Source of the DNA: Tubulanus polymorphus
Lineage: Eukaryota; Animalia; Nemertea
NCBI RefSeq assembly: GCF_964204645.1
Contig: NC_134028.1
Coordinates: forward strand, 18,235,653 to 18,299,652
Length of the DNA: 64,000 bases
Direction of reading: 5' to 3'
Shown here: one piece after another, positions 37,801 through 52,800 of the stretch
Numbering within the stretch: position 1 is the first letter of the stretch
Layout: the number at the start of each line of letters is the position of its first letter
Notes under the pieces: generated by a model
What the model saw: only the letters and a program-made list of their open reading frames with translations
What the model was told of the DNA's origin: nothing
Databases searched by the model: none
Program-made: the position numbers and the translations under genes

Positions 37801-40800
37801 TCCCTGAATCTCAAATAAAAGTTTAATCTCAGCCTCCCCCGCCAGGACGGTCAGGGTGTTGTAGGTGTATACCATATATGGCAACGATTATGTACTGCAG
37901 AACCTGCGAAAGGCCCAGAGTCAGCTGTCATATTGCTGACAATCTCGATAAATGGCGCTAGTTCCACAGCACATGAACAAACATATTTACACATTTTGGG
38001 TTGTTTGTTGCCTTCTTTGAAAAATGGATGGCCCGTAAAGTCGATTGCAACGGGTGAAAATGGCCTGATGACATCTAAGCGTATTTCCGGCAATGGTGGC
38101 AGGTCTGGTGCCAGGTACGGTTTACCAAACAATCTTTTGCACGTGACACATTTATGTAGCACCTTTTTAACCAACGATCTGAGAGATGGTAACCAAAAGC
38201 GCCTGTGAACTTGGCTCACAGTCAGACCTGGGCCATGAAAGATGGGCATTTCTCACAATGAGTGTAGCTAAGTAGGAATCTTTCGGTACGAGAATAGGAT
38301 TTCTGTGGGCCTTTCACACATCTGCTTTTTGCAGTTGGCCTGAGACAGCCATGTCTGTCTCTAGATATGACCATTTGTGTAATTATGGCAGGCCCTTTGG
38401 TGGATTTATTGGAGTCAATATGCTCCATGACATCAGGGAAGTGAAAGGTTTGAGCATCTTGCACCCACAATTTTTCTGCTTCGAAGATCTCGACGGCAGA
38501 GACCTCGCATCTAGCATTGTTGGGACTTGGTTTGAAAGCTTGTTTCACTATCGCTATCACGTGTAGAAGTCTCCTATATTCGTTAAACTGGTGCATGTCA
38601 ATAGCATTGCTGATACGAGGCTTGGCCTCCGTGATATCTTGTGATATTTTTGTGAACGCAACCAGTGTAAAGCTACCTGTGAGTCTGTAAAGTATTGTGT
38701 GGTAATCTTGGTGTTCCTGTCTTTGTATGCTTTGTATGCTTCGATATATTGGCCGTAGCCAGCAGCTTAGACCATGGCATCCAACTGAAGCTTAGGAGTC
38801 ATCCAGCAATTTTTTGCTTTGGATACAATATTCCCGTCGAGTACTATACCCGTATTTGCCAATATTTTCTATTGAATTTGGATTGATCGCCAATGGTTTT
38901 TCTATACGACCCGACCCTGCGGTATTGCATTTAGCCACCAGCAAAATCCGCCATATTTTTTCTTGGCGTTCTTGCTTATGAACGTGTTGGATTTTTTGCC
39001 AAAAAATAAAGGGATTTACCAAGTTAAGGGAGTTGTCACTCTCGTAATGGTGAGTCCGTTCGGTTTGGGGGCTATCCCTTGTTTCTTTTTTCCCAAAATA
39101 ATTTAACTAATTTAATAGTAGAGATTTGTTGGTTTTCAGCCGATGTGCCCACTGACGTCTCTAATTCTATTTCAAATTGTATAGCGGAGCGGTTGTCGGC
39201 TGTACTTGCATGGTCGGCTTCCCAACTCCGTTCACCGGGGAGGAACACTAGGTCCTCCGGTCAATTGCCGGTCGCTGGTCGGTCAGCGGTTCGGCCAGTT
39301 CAGACTACAGTATCTGAACCAAGCGTGTGCGGCCACGGTAGCCGAGATACCGGCACAAGCCACCCGGCACCAGTCGGTACCGGTCCGGTCCAGTTCGGGC
39401 ACCGGTCCGGTCAAGAATTCACCTCGTTCTGATATTCTGGTTCGTTCATCGGTGTGCAGTTTGTCTGATTCTGACATTCGTCGCTCCTGGGATAGAGCTC
39501 GCTCTCCCCAAGGTCCAGACGCTGTGAATGCAATAAACACGCAAGGTCTCCTCACACATCAAGGATAGATCGCGAGAGGGATAACGATTGTTATTGCAGA
39601 AAGTCAGTTGACTCATCATTCGTCGACCAGCAAAGAGATTCTAGATTCTTCTAGCAGGTCTCGATCCGGTTCGAGGGACCGTCACGGAAGTTGTCATGAT
39701 CGTCGGGATACGGGAAAATTCCTGACTCAGAAGGATATCCATGTATTCGAAGAAACAGGGGACATGCCATTTAGAGCAATGATTAGTGAGTTCCACATGA
39801 GATCTCTTCCATTTATCCTCAGAACAGCCCCGTGGGTTTTCACCAAGTAGGTACTTTAGTCCAGGGGTGTTTGACTGTTCGTTTACCCAGACGACTAGTT
39901 AATAGGCACTCACATCAGGCACCTACTCAGAAACCCACACGGATGCGTTCCCGCCCACACCAGTCCTCTCGCGCTTTCTGGATCAAATAGAGAGTTCAGT
40001 CAATTGCAACTTAGTTCTGGTTGCACCATGTTGCCTGGTGCAGAAATGGTTCCTACTACTTCTCAACCTTCTGTGTGACAACCCCAGAGGATTCTTCCGA
40101 ATTTCCCATCGATTCTATCTCAGGGGAACTTATGGCATCATCCGAACAGCCAGTGGGTTAATCTGCTCGCCTGGCCATTGTCCAGCGATCCTTGTCAGCT
40201 TCGGGCTTTTCAGAACAGGCTGCCTCCTTTATCGCAGGATCTAAGGGGCCATCGACTAGTACCATTTACGACGCCAAATGGGGTCATTTTGCAGATTGGT
40301 GTGCTACAGGGGAAATTGATCCATTCTCACCCTCTGTAGCTCAAATGGCAGATGTTTTACTGCATCTATTTGTAGTAAAAGGTCTGCAGGTAATGACTAT
40401 TAAAGGTTACCGCTCCGCGATTTCCCATACATAGCGTGCTTCTGGATGGCCAAATGTAATAGCGGATCATCGGATATCCCAGCTAATTGCAGGGATTTCA
40501 GTTTTCTGGCCTCGGGTACCGAGGGTAGTTCCACCATGGGATCTGTCAGTAATTTTGAAGAAGTTAATGGAGGCTCCATTTTAACCACTTTCCACAGCAT
40601 CATTTTGCAAATTTGTCAAAAAAGACTGTATTCTTGCTGCTCTTGGCTTGCTCGGCCCATCGTTCTGAGATTCTTGAACTTTCAGTTCGACAAGGTCATA
40701 TTGTCTTCGGGCCAGCGAGGGAATTTTTTCGCTGGGGGCTGTTTTAGAGTTTTTGGCAAAGAACCAACAGCCAGGCTCGGTCGGTCATCAATGGCGAATT

Positions 40801-43800
40801 GAAGCCCTAAAACATCGAGTGGAACCGGGTCTTCCAAACCGTTATGTCCTTCCAAATGTTATGTCCTGTACCGGCGTTGTGTTTCTATTTAGATCACTCT
40901 GCTCCACGAAGGGGTACGTTTGAACGGTTATTTATTCTGATGTTGGATCACCTGAAGGGTGATATTTCTCGGGACACAGTGGCCAGATGGGTCTTTTCAC
41001 TGATCAAGGACATTTTGTTGAAAGAGAATCTTTCCTCGGAGGGAGTTGTTTCTCATCAAGTGAGGTCTATGGCTACTTCCTGCGCAGTCTTTTCAGGTGC
41101 TCCGTTGGAAGAAGTCTGTCAGGCCGCCTTTTGGAATCTCCATTAACGTCCTTTTATTTACGAGATGTGTCAGGCCAATTAGGCTCATTAGTGTAGCTCG
41201 GGCCTGTTGTTATGGCTCAAAGTGTCCGTTCTTTCAGATCGGACTCTTTAGTAAGTAATAATTTTAGCAAGTAATAATTTTGCAAAATTCAGGGATGGGG
41301 GCCTCGAGCTGGACAGACTCACTGTGGCCAACCGGTCTTCCCTGTGCTACAGTGCTCCATTCCGTGCTTTGGTAAGTACTCTCTTTTTTGCGTTTGAGCG
41401 GTGGTTTTTCCATCTACCATTCCCACCATCCTTGTGCTAGGCTAGCCTAGCAAAAACCATAGAAGAGGGTACAATACTCGACGGAAATATTACAATGTTT
41501 TGGAACTAAAATTGTATTTCCGAGTTGTACTTAGTACCCTTTCCTATGGTGGGAATCCCGCCCAATTGACCCGCATAGCTGCATTTTTGGTTCTGTTATG
41601 CCGTAAAAAGATGGCGGATTTCCCCGGTGGCAAAATACAATACCACAGGACCGGCTCGTAGAGAAAAACCATTGGCGATCAAACCAAATTTAGAAAATAT
41701 TGGCAAAAACCATAGGAAAGGGTAAGTACTACACAGAAATTTAAGTTCCAAAAATTGTAATTTTGTTCTTTGAACCGAGAATTTCTATGTTTTGGTTTTG
41801 CTTTGCGTATGCCACACACCCAAGTGCCGTTTTAGGCGTGGCATCGGAGAATATCATGAGTTGTATGGGCGGTTATGCATCGAATCCCAGCCATCTGGAG
41901 AATTCGATCTTGTGGGTTTGCATAAGTGTTATTTGGATTTTTCTCCATTCCTGCCAGTTTAGAGTCAGTGAGTATATCGTCCCACTCTGTGGCTGATTGC
42001 CATAGTTTATTTACGAATGCTTTTGCTATTACCACAACTGGAGCGATGAGATCTAATGGGTTGAATATTGAGGCCATTTGAGAGATTACAGTACGCTTTG
42101 TTATTTCATCACTGAGCGTTTTCTCGGATACTGACATCTTGTCTGTGTTTACGTCCCAGGTCATTTCTAGAGCCGGCACAGTTTCTGCACTTGTCCCTAC
42201 AGCATCTAGTTCTGCTTGTCCCCTGCACGGCGTAGGCCGCGAGCGGGGGACCTTGTATCCACCTCCGTCCGTCCGTCTGTCATAGCGTCCGTTCGTCCGC
42301 ATGAGCTTGTGAATGTGATTCAAGAAGAACCGTTGATCGCAGGACCATGATATTACATCGTATGATTACCCCTAGGGAGAGGATGTGCCCTATTGATTTT
42401 GGGGACCAAAGGTCAAGGTCACTACAGGTCATTCATGTGAAAGCTTGTGAACGTCATTCCCTGTAAACTCAATTCTTAAATAACCATTCATAGCAGGAAA
42501 ATGATATTTCATAGTATGGTTATCCCTGGATACACTCATCATTTTTCTATACCAAAGATCAGTATCTTCAGGGGTCATTCATTCCCTACTGGCTATAGCA
42601 GGGGACATAGATACGTAGTATCGAATTGCCTTGTTTGGTTATGGTTTCGGAGTTTGAAGACCATTGTCTCGATGTAAAATTTGCTTTTGCAAGTACTTCT
42701 CGAAATTCCTTGTAGTACTGCATCTCGTCGTGTACACTGTACACGGACATCAGAAGATTGTTAACGTAGAATTTAGAATTCATATCAGAAGTAACCCACA
42801 CAATCTGGACGTATCGGCCCCACTCCGCGCGGTTGCGCCACCGCGCGGGATTTACGTGAAGCAGCAAACACAAACATGGCTACTCTCTCAATTTTCAATG
42901 ATAGAAATCGTGTGTGCATTTCAATTAGTTTGGCTGTTAGGGTTATAAGGCACAATATAAGTTGACGATGTGATATGACGATGTTAATTAATGATAATTC
43001 CGCAGTGAAGCTAGTCACGAACGGTGCCGATTGAGTGTACAGCTGCCAAAAACACTGAAATGTTATGAGTTGCGTAACTATTTGCAGTGAATTGCAGACG
43101 AAACATGAAGCCTTAATGGCCGTTTAAAAAAAAAATTATACCAATTGCAATTGTAAAATAAAAATGAGATAGAACCTAAGTTAAAATTCTGGCCATTTTT
43201 AAAATGTTATTACTAATTTTTCGTCAGTGCCGAACGTTTAGTTTTCCAACAATAATGAGGGGTGGTAGGTAGTCATGCAATTCAAGTCATCATTTATTAC
43301 ACGTTACTTCCGTGTTGTTGAAAATCTCGCGAGTCATGGACCAAACCCCATTGAACAATGTGATCTGTGTGCTGGCCACAACTGCACACAGATCACACTA
43401 CACTACCCATTACACACTCAAGTACCCACAGCTTTCATATATCCATCCAAATATTTAGAGTGTCTTTCTTCCTGGGTGCATGTTTAGGTGTTCAAAGAGC
43501 ACAGCAGCAAGAGTAAAGGGGCTAGATGTTGAGCCGAAAATTATCGTGATATGTTGTCCTTAAACCAGAGAAATCTTACGAAGCATCTATCTTGTTCCTG
43601 TAGTTTGATGGATAGAAATGCGATCTTGCTCGTTCTGAATTGTATTATTAGCATTGGTTGACGTCTATGACGTCATGTCAATGCTAGTAAAATGGATCAA
43701 AATTTAAAAGTCTCCAGCCTATTACAACCTAAGTACTTTTGGTGGACGTTCATTTACTGTAGTTGCTGCTTCCCTTTGGAATAACATTGATGACCACCTG

Positions 43801-46800
43801 CGTAGTATTCACAATGTCAACCAGTTTAAACGTTCACTAAAACGTCTACTCTTTCAACGTGCCTATACTTATTGACTATGAACCATTGCAGTGCGCCGGT
43901 GAACTTATCTTTTAAGAAACAGGCGCCTTATAAATGTTTATTATTATTATTATTATTAAAGTGTTAGTAAAAGAAAAAAGCGCTGACTCTTCTCATTTTC
44001 ATAGTAATAGATAAAACAGTAGACACAGCTGAAAATGACTTAAAATAATGTTTCAATTATTCCCTACAAGATAGCATCACCAGATTTCTGATTTAACCCT
44101 TTTAAGTTCATGCTCGACCCTGGGTCGAGACGGAAAAACATTGGCTTCACATTCATGCTAGACCGAAGGTTGAGTCCCGGCGTGCGCTGTAAAAGTGTTA
44201 ATAATCGTCGTTTCACCTACAGGTTTTCATCATAGCACATCATTAGACAGTAGATGGCGTTTCTGTTGATTATTCGCCGAGAAAATTTTTGGTGGTAGCA
44301 ATTCATTGTTTTTGAGCAATTTTGAGTCAAAATCTGTCATTTTTTCGAAATAAATAAGGTAAAATCATGAAAACAGATGAAGTTTTATTATAAATCTTTG
44401 CTTATGATGAGTTTGGAGACAATGATTTAGAGCTAATAGACAGTGAATCCAGTGACTTTATAAAACAGTTCAGATGATATTTATGATAAAGACGACGAAA
44501 ATCAAATATGAGTTTTCGAAAAGCGCAACAATGGCTGAAAATAATTGAATTCCTAGGGTAGTTACAGAGTAAAAAACTTGAACTTAAAAGGGTTAATGGC
44601 CCAAAAAGTTGTTCTATCGTATTTTTCTCGTTAGTTATCTTGTGGATGAGAGGGGGTTAAGCAATCGCCCAGTGATATGTCCACATTGACATTGGCAGTA
44701 AAGAATGGGGAATGGCCTCTTCTGAATAGAAAAATGTAAAATTATGTACCTCCGATTTATAAATATCATAGTGTTTGAATATCATTTATTCCAACTATTA
44801 GTAGCCATGGGATTAATTGGGATTAGTTCTCAGCGTCAGAATATGTATTTCTACAGCAGTGGTAGGAAGGCCTACTCGTGACTTAAACCCGTACAGGTAA
44901 GTTATATAATGGTGCGGGAACGCCTTTACTAAAGTTAAAACCATTTCATGATGTCACAAAACATTAAAAGGTAAACGTTAGGCTACCACCATGATACAAT
45001 TTCGCCAATAAAGACGGATTATTTTATTCAATTTTACCAGAGTTGTTTATTGGAGGAATATCATTGTTAAGTATGCAGAGAACTATCAATAGCCATGGGA
45101 TTAATTGTGATTAATTGCAGATGTTGTATCATCATTCAGTTGACTGACAGTTTATCGTAAAATTCCATCGGTTCGGCTATATTCTACGATAAGTTTTCAC
45201 TTAAAGGTGCCCTGCTCGCCTCCTGCCCACTCACAAGGCGGTAGCAGCCCCTTACGCACTCGGCAGATAGATATGCTTTGTAATGCGCGCCGGGAAAAAT
45301 TACTTTTATCTTTTCGATGCGATGAACACCACAACAGTGATTAAATTTACACGTTTTTTGTCATAGATTGCAATATGGCGATGGTTATTTGCCACTACTG
45401 TAGTTTTTTGGAATTGAATCGAGCGGCCTCGGTAGCTCAGTGAGATAAGGCATGATGCTGTTGCATCCACTATCAGTGCTGAGTGACAAGTGGGTTTGAG
45501 TCCTGCTGACTGCTTACAATGTGCTGGCAACACTTCAAAGGCTGTCCCGTCGTGAGGTTAAGTGAGCAATCCTATAGAATGAAAACCAAGGTCCGAACGA
45601 CGTAAACAAACAAAAAGACAAACAAGCACCAACGCCGGCATCGCTCTCTGTGCGTTGTTTTGATGCGTACGTTTGTCCGGTTGATTTACCTTTTATGCAT
45701 CAGTATTTTGCATTCAGAAAAATCGTTCTGTTTTTGTTTTCATTATTCAGCAATGGGGCCTAACATCGTCATAGAACATTTTCCCGCAGATGTAAAGCAT
45801 TAATCACTTAATACCTTACCACAGTACATGGGCCTCTTGTTAGTTTTACTAAGTCTACCAACAGGTTCGGTCCTGGAATAGACAATCATTTGATGATGGC
45901 CTGCACTGGCGTCAAATACAATTCGTAATGGTGTAGTAGAGCTCTTTTTCAATACGGAAAAATGAGGCAAATATTAGCAATCTGTATCATCTAATACTGC
46001 CTCCAGATCTTTTAATTCCGATACTGTTTGATTTTCGATGTGCTTTTGCATGACCTTTGTATACGAGTTCATAAGCTCGATACGGTTCAAACGATTTATA
46101 ACTTGTCGCAATCTTTGTTGAGACTGATGTAGGTTGTTTGGGAGTTCCTTCCAGTCGTTCCTCCAAGGCAATGGTGCCCAGCAGCAACCATCCTTGTACT
46201 GATCGAATGTTGGACTGGTATTCTTATGCAAATGAATCAGATGTTTTCGTCGAATTGCGTTGGGAATTCAGCCACGCTGTGATTCATGTAGTCGTTGAGG
46301 GTTGTGTTGTAGAAAATTAGATTATCAATGTGATTTTCTGTTTGGGATGCAGCCAAACAGTGCGTGTTGGAAGAATCATTTCTAATGTTCTAAAAACAAA
46401 ACAGCCTTAGTTTCAATGTTGTACAAGTGGACCTCCTGTAATTTTATCTATCGGTTTTCCAAGAATAATAGTACAGATGGCAACAACCGATCAGAATGTC
46501 TACAATAAATCTATTCGATTCAAATTTATCTGCAAATGCCAGATTAGCTATTTCTACATAATCTAAACATTCTGACCAATGGTCGCAATGTATGGGTTTG
46601 ACAATTTCGTCTGAAATTGCAACATTGATGTATTTCACACCCTCGGTAGTATTAACCCCGACTGGCGATATCGTAGATACGTTTAGTGGAGTGACCCCCG
46701 AATCCTTGGACCGTCATTGAATGCTGGCTGTCGGGTTTAAGCCCTAGTTTGTTAGCTACATCTGTTCTAATGTAACTGATCATTGACCCGTGGTCTAACA

Positions 46801-49800
46801 GGACGTTTGCCTGTTCAAATAATTTTTTGCTTGCATTTTCGAGAGAGATCTGACTGGTTTCTAGCAAAATAACCTCATTACGAGCAGCAACTGTATATAC
46901 CACCTCACGAATTCTGGGTTGAGTGTTCACATAAGTCCGATTTTCGTTTCGCAAATGTTTGTATTGGTTCCACCAGGCGGGACGATTTTCCGATTTCAAG
47001 GTAACGCAGTTTCGACGTAGTTCCCTTTCGTGTTGACTCTCGATGACCATGCATCAGGTTGTCAGTTTCGTTGATTGTTGATCTTGATGCAGCGCGGTGT
47101 GGTGCGCTCTATCACAGACCTGACAATGGCTTGAGTTGCGGCATCTTTAGGCATAGTGCCCCGTTTTCAAACAATTTGTACATAAGTTCTTTTCCGTTTG
47201 ATTTTTTCGCGTTCGTCAACTGATTTTGGACATTTCGTGGCCGTATGTTGTTGATCGTAGTATGGACATGTCGTCTCCCAGGCCGCACCTACGAAATTGC
47301 CTGTTGTTGAACTGCTCTGGTGTAGAGGTTTTCGATGAAACCGTTCTGACGTGTTCTCTCCGATGTTTTTGAGGTTTTGCCTGAATGATCTTAGGAATTT
47401 TTCTAACTCGAAGCCATCACCCTATCCTGAGGGACCTAGCTTTTCAAGGAAGCTACTAATTGGCAACTTTCTCTCTAAAGCTGTGATGATGAACAGTGCA
47501 CAGGATTCAGTGTCGACACCGAGGTGAGACAGCAATGTATATTCCCATTCATTGGGTTCATGAATTGTGTTAACGCGATATAGTTCATTGTTGTTGGTGG
47601 TAAATGGTAGATATCGCGATAGTTTACAGTGTAGTTTCTTGCGCTTGCTTCTCGGTTTCGTATGTGTTTATTTTTCTAGTTTCAATTAAGCATTTGAGTT
47701 TAAGTAGATGTTTTCGTTCATGGCTTCTTCTTTCATTAGATGTTTTGATTTTGGCTGTGATCCCGTGGTCTTTTAAAATGTCTTGAATTTTCTCTGCGAT
47801 GTCATTTCGTGTTTGTTGATGTAGTCGGATTTCTTCTAGGCGTCTTCAATTTCGATTATTTCTTCCTCAGACGGCGCTTCTTTTTCGGCGCTTGTATTTA
47901 TTTCTTTCAGTTTTTGATCAAACGAGTGGATTGCTGCTTCGCATTTCTAGCTTCATCATGATATTTTGATGAGTTTTCTTCGTGTATTGTCTTAGAGTTG
48001 TGTGGACATTGCGTTGTGCATAAATCCTGGTCCAGTCGGCACCAGGATGTTAGCCATAGCTAGCTAAGTGGTGTGAGAAAAGAATGAACTTGAAGCCTTG
48101 ACTTCCGTATTACAACTACATATATATTTTATTCTACTCTAAAAATACACATTATTTAAATGTGCATGCAGACGTGGATGATGCCAGGTTATCTAGAGAT
48201 TGCGTTAAAAGATTGAATTACCGTGATGCCTGAAAGTGAAGGAGAGTTGAAGCAATAAATCAGTAGAATTTTAACCTAAAAAGTTGTTATTGTGAATAAA
48301 GTTGGCAGTGACCTGTAAAATCCGCGGTATTTTTCTTGAGTTACTCACTTACAATTTTTTGTATTTATAGATATATTTGTAATCGACATGAATAGTGGAG
48401 TGATTAGTACTCGTGTGAATTTAATCGATAAAGCACGAGATGTACCTTATAACTTAACAATAAGAGCTCGAGATCAAGGAAGTCCTCGATTGTTTGGTGA
48501 TGTACAAGTTAAGATATTTATTGATGATTTGCAAGCATTTGATGGTCGTCCGAGATTCTCACATCCATTTGTGGGAGAATCAATCTGGATTCCTGAGGTA
48601 AACCTTTTATCTTTTATGTTTTTAGTGAACCAATGGTTCGCTTCTTACACCAACGGGCCAGTTGGCCTTGTGCCAATATTGCTAGAAAGAGATGTTAACA
48701 AGCCATATTTTTAAAGGGTGATAGACCCAGTTGTATTTCTTTATGCATATGATTCAAATAGCCGAACACTCGCTATTGTGCGAATTTCAGTGCGATGTGA
48801 CCGATCTAAGCTGTAAAATTTTAGATAATTTGTAAAAATTTCCTCAGCTTTTATATAATTTGTCCTGACCTGGAATGACCTAAGTCTAGAATAATCATTA
48901 GCAGACGCGCATTCACTTAACACTTTGTAAAATGACAGGTGAATCCTTCCTAAAATAGATCCGGAATTATGCCATTTTGTAAAATATCAAGCTGTGTATT
49001 GACAATTACTGTTAGGAAAACAAAAGCATGTTACATTTTTAGATTCAGCTCAGCTGAATCTATTAGTATAAAACGGAGTGCTGAATTCGTGTTGACCGCT
49101 ATCTCCTCCGAGTGTGAAATGATTCACGGGCTAAGGTCTGCATTATGTTGGCTGTTATAATGGCAGCTAAGTAGCAACTGACTTTGAAGGCTATTGATGA
49201 AGCCTAAATTGGCAATTCAATGCCATTTTGGGGATTTTTAGCAATGTAGGGTGACGTCATCTTAATCTACTAACGTTAACAACACGAGCAGAATTGTACA
49301 ACATTTGCTGTCGAATTTACTAGTAGGCTTTTTATATATTACTGATACAACATATAATTCTTCAATAAGAAAACTACAGTACTAAGTAACACAAAGTACT
49401 ACTAAGTAATAAAATTGACGAGGATTTTTCATTTACTGTGCAAAAAATTGCATGTCAATGCACGGCGTAGTTCGGAGTATTTACCGCGGAGCTGTGATGA
49501 TAGCACCCTCGTTTTAGTAACACAGGAAGTTCACCAAAATCGATGAAGCCGTTAAATCTTTAGATAAAGGATATTCTCTAAATAAAAAAAGATTTGTTTG
49601 TAAATACTCAAACTAAAATTAATTATGCATATGCCCGGGGTTATCTTGACAAAAAAACGTTTGTATTGACATGCAGATGAATTTTAAACAATTCTTATTG
49701 CCATTAAAAACACCATACAGGTAGACCAATATTGTGTAGTATATAGTTGAATTCGAGCTCACTCGCTACGATCTTGCCGATGCATGGGATATGTCTTGTT

Positions 49801-52800
49801 GACCTCTGCATCTCTTTTGCACTACTGCATTTGATGCCAAGGTCTATAATGAGACAGTTGCGTTGCGTTGAAGTGTAGCCGCGATCCGCACACATTCTCA
49901 TATGGCATGATTTAAAATTGTATCGCCGTTAGAATGATACTAGGAGGGAATGTGGACTGTTGCTTCTGTTCGGTGAATTAAAATTGCTCACACGTGTATG
50001 TCAAACTGATCTACTATAGTTAGAGAATAGATAGAGAATTCATTAGAATCTCGAACATGAAAATTTCTTTTTAGGAAGAAGAAATTGGATATCCAGTTAC
50101 CAGAGTAAGGGCTTCTGATGCTGATGAACCTATTCATTATCGATTCTTGAATAATGGAAACAAAGATCATGATAAATTCAAAATCGATCCAAACACAGGA
50201 AATGTTACTACAACCCAAGTTCTCGATAGGGAAACGCAAGCTGTCTTTCAGGTAATCAAATCATATAGTTCAAGTTAAAAACTGAATGCCCTTATTTGAT
50301 AAAACACTACATTGTATTACCTAATATCAGGGGTTACAAGGTTTTGTTCTTTTCCCAGTTGATGATTTTCATAACTGATAGCAGTAATCCGCAGAAAGCT
50401 AACCAGATGCATTTCTTCGTAAAACTTTCCGATAAGAATGATCAAATACCAACATTTGAATTTTGTGGAAGAGAGGTAAATGAAACTGATCCAGAACTTT
50501 AGATGTGCATCAATTCCATGGCTGCCAATGATTTTCATTGAATTAACAAAATATTTTCATTACATGTATTCATTGCAAGTTAGTGAATCCAGGCCATTAT
50601 ACATCTCTTTATTATATCCCCCGGGCAAAGTGGCTGGGGATATATTGGTTTGCACAGCGCCACGTCCGCATGAACTTCCTGTGTATGGGATTAATCAAAA
50701 AACCATTTGAGATAATTTCATGACATGCATATGGTATGTGTATGATAGTATGAACAGAAACCCTATTGTTTTGGGGGAATTCTTCAATTCAAGATTGCCA
50801 GGTTATGACTGACTTTCAGGTCAAAATGGTGTATTTTGAACTCTTTGAAGATACTTTGTCATAAAAAAATGCTATTCTTGGTTATAGATTATTGAGCCAT
50901 TGCGGTCATCAGTGATGGAAAACCAACCTTTGTCTACTTACGTTACAACTGTTGAGGGGTGTGATAAAGATGAATATCCTAATAACATTGTGTTTTACCA
51001 TATTACATGTAAGTAAATTATCAACAAATCCAAAGGTATGTCATCGAGCAGTTTACTGTCAGCAAACATATTCATTTCATGTTTCAGTCTGACTGATTAA
51101 ACTGAATTTTAACTGAATCTAACCCAGTATCCAGTTACAAACGGGGCAGAGTTGGGTCGTGTTCAAGTCCCCGTTCATTGGCTACGTGTATGTAGATTGT
51201 AACTCCTTAACTCTATCAGTACTGACTAATCAATACCCTATAGTGCTGGAGATAATTTGAAATATTTGAAAAATTCCACCCTAGTGTGTTGAATAACACT
51301 ACCATATAGTAGTGTTATATAGAATAACAGTACCACTATATTGCATCTACATCTACACTGGGGCGCAGTGTATCGTTAGTTACTAATATTTCACTATGTT
51401 TGAAAGGTGCAACCATCTTTCGATAGAGATAAAAACCAATAACTATTCTCATCAATACACCGCAGTGCGGTGTACTAGCAAAATCCATCACCGATTCATG
51501 CACCGCACTGAAAGAGTGATAGTGTTGACAAATGATTTATGACTTGTTCCTTGAAACCCAATCGGGGAACTGCAGCAGAATTTTTTATATCCATATGTTT
51601 TCAAAACCTTCATGACTTCATTTTCCTAAAGGCAAAAAGTTTTATCTTTAAAGACAAGGCTGTTGAAGAGTCACTTGCCAGCGCCATTATCTACATGTAG
51701 TGTAGCTGCTGTGACCCACTGTGGCCTCGTGCGCTACTTGTTCCTCCTGTATAATGCACTTTTTGTGATTTGATGTCCAACAACAGTTCTAAAATGAAGC
51801 ATAATCTTGCAGCAGCAATTATTTGGATGTGTTTTGAGTGGATATAAGAAGCAATGACCACAATGAAAGCCCTGCGGGAGTATTTTTGTCAGGATTATCG
51901 ACCAAGATTTTTATGAGTGTATTTATTTGTGTACACATGCGGGTTGGGTTGTTTCAACTAGCACTCAGCTGAACGCCAACAAGAAATGAAATGAATGGCA
52001 AATTTTAGACGTAGTGCTGCAGTTCCTCTTTTATTTTAGATATGAATGTATAGAACGGAACAGAACAAGAATTTTGTGATAAGGTCCCTGTTCGGTTTCA
52101 TTCCTCTTCGTTCTGTTCCGTTCCCTTCCTTGAAGTATCATAAGCCAACTAAGATGGTTCAAGTTTCTACCTCTTTCTGTCAAAAGTTCCTCTTATGTGT
52201 GATTTTAGGCCAGCCATACGCTTAGCCTAATACTGTACAAATGGAGTGAAAATGACATGGTTTCCAGATGAAAGGCTTTTTCATCGTATAACTGAGCATA
52301 TATTCATGCACATTCAAGTGTTTTCCATTCTCCAATGCTTAGGAAGCCGAAAAGAGTCCCGTAACAATTCACATTCACCGCAATGGTGTAAGCTAGTCAA
52401 GGTCAAATTTTACAGATCTTTTGTTTTTGATATTAAATTATTGGATTAGTACTCATTTGTTCGAAGCCTATCCACTTTTTGAATGTACTGTGTATATATT
52501 AAATGCCGCGTGCCGGTAGTGTCTATTAGACTGTTGTGTATTGATTATTGGTATGCTGCTACTGTAGCGTGACTTATATGAAGACTGTAAAATGAATACA
52601 AGCCGTTCTCTTTCTCCTTTGATTTTTAAGATTTGTTAATTTTGAAACATTTCCAAACTACATGTATGAGAAACTATTTTATCAACATCCTAAATTCTAA
52701 TTGGTAAATGAGTGTAGCCGAACATAAATCAATATCTTGAACTCTAATCATCATCCATTTAAAACCATATCGAAAGTGAAGCCGGTGTTCGTTTTTTGTT

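Larger units (their letters stand above)
35576..48254 (-). mobile_element. Old BEL/Pao LTR retrotransposon, heavily decayed, with many nested insertions
   Basis: Related LTRs at ~35576-35810 and 48048-48254; PBS-like TGGTGCCG...CCAGGAT; protease LLDHGS, MASIFNPL, integrase PPLPEIR...AIDFTG, C-terminal PRQKWKLG...AHVKT. Confidence 0.85.
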
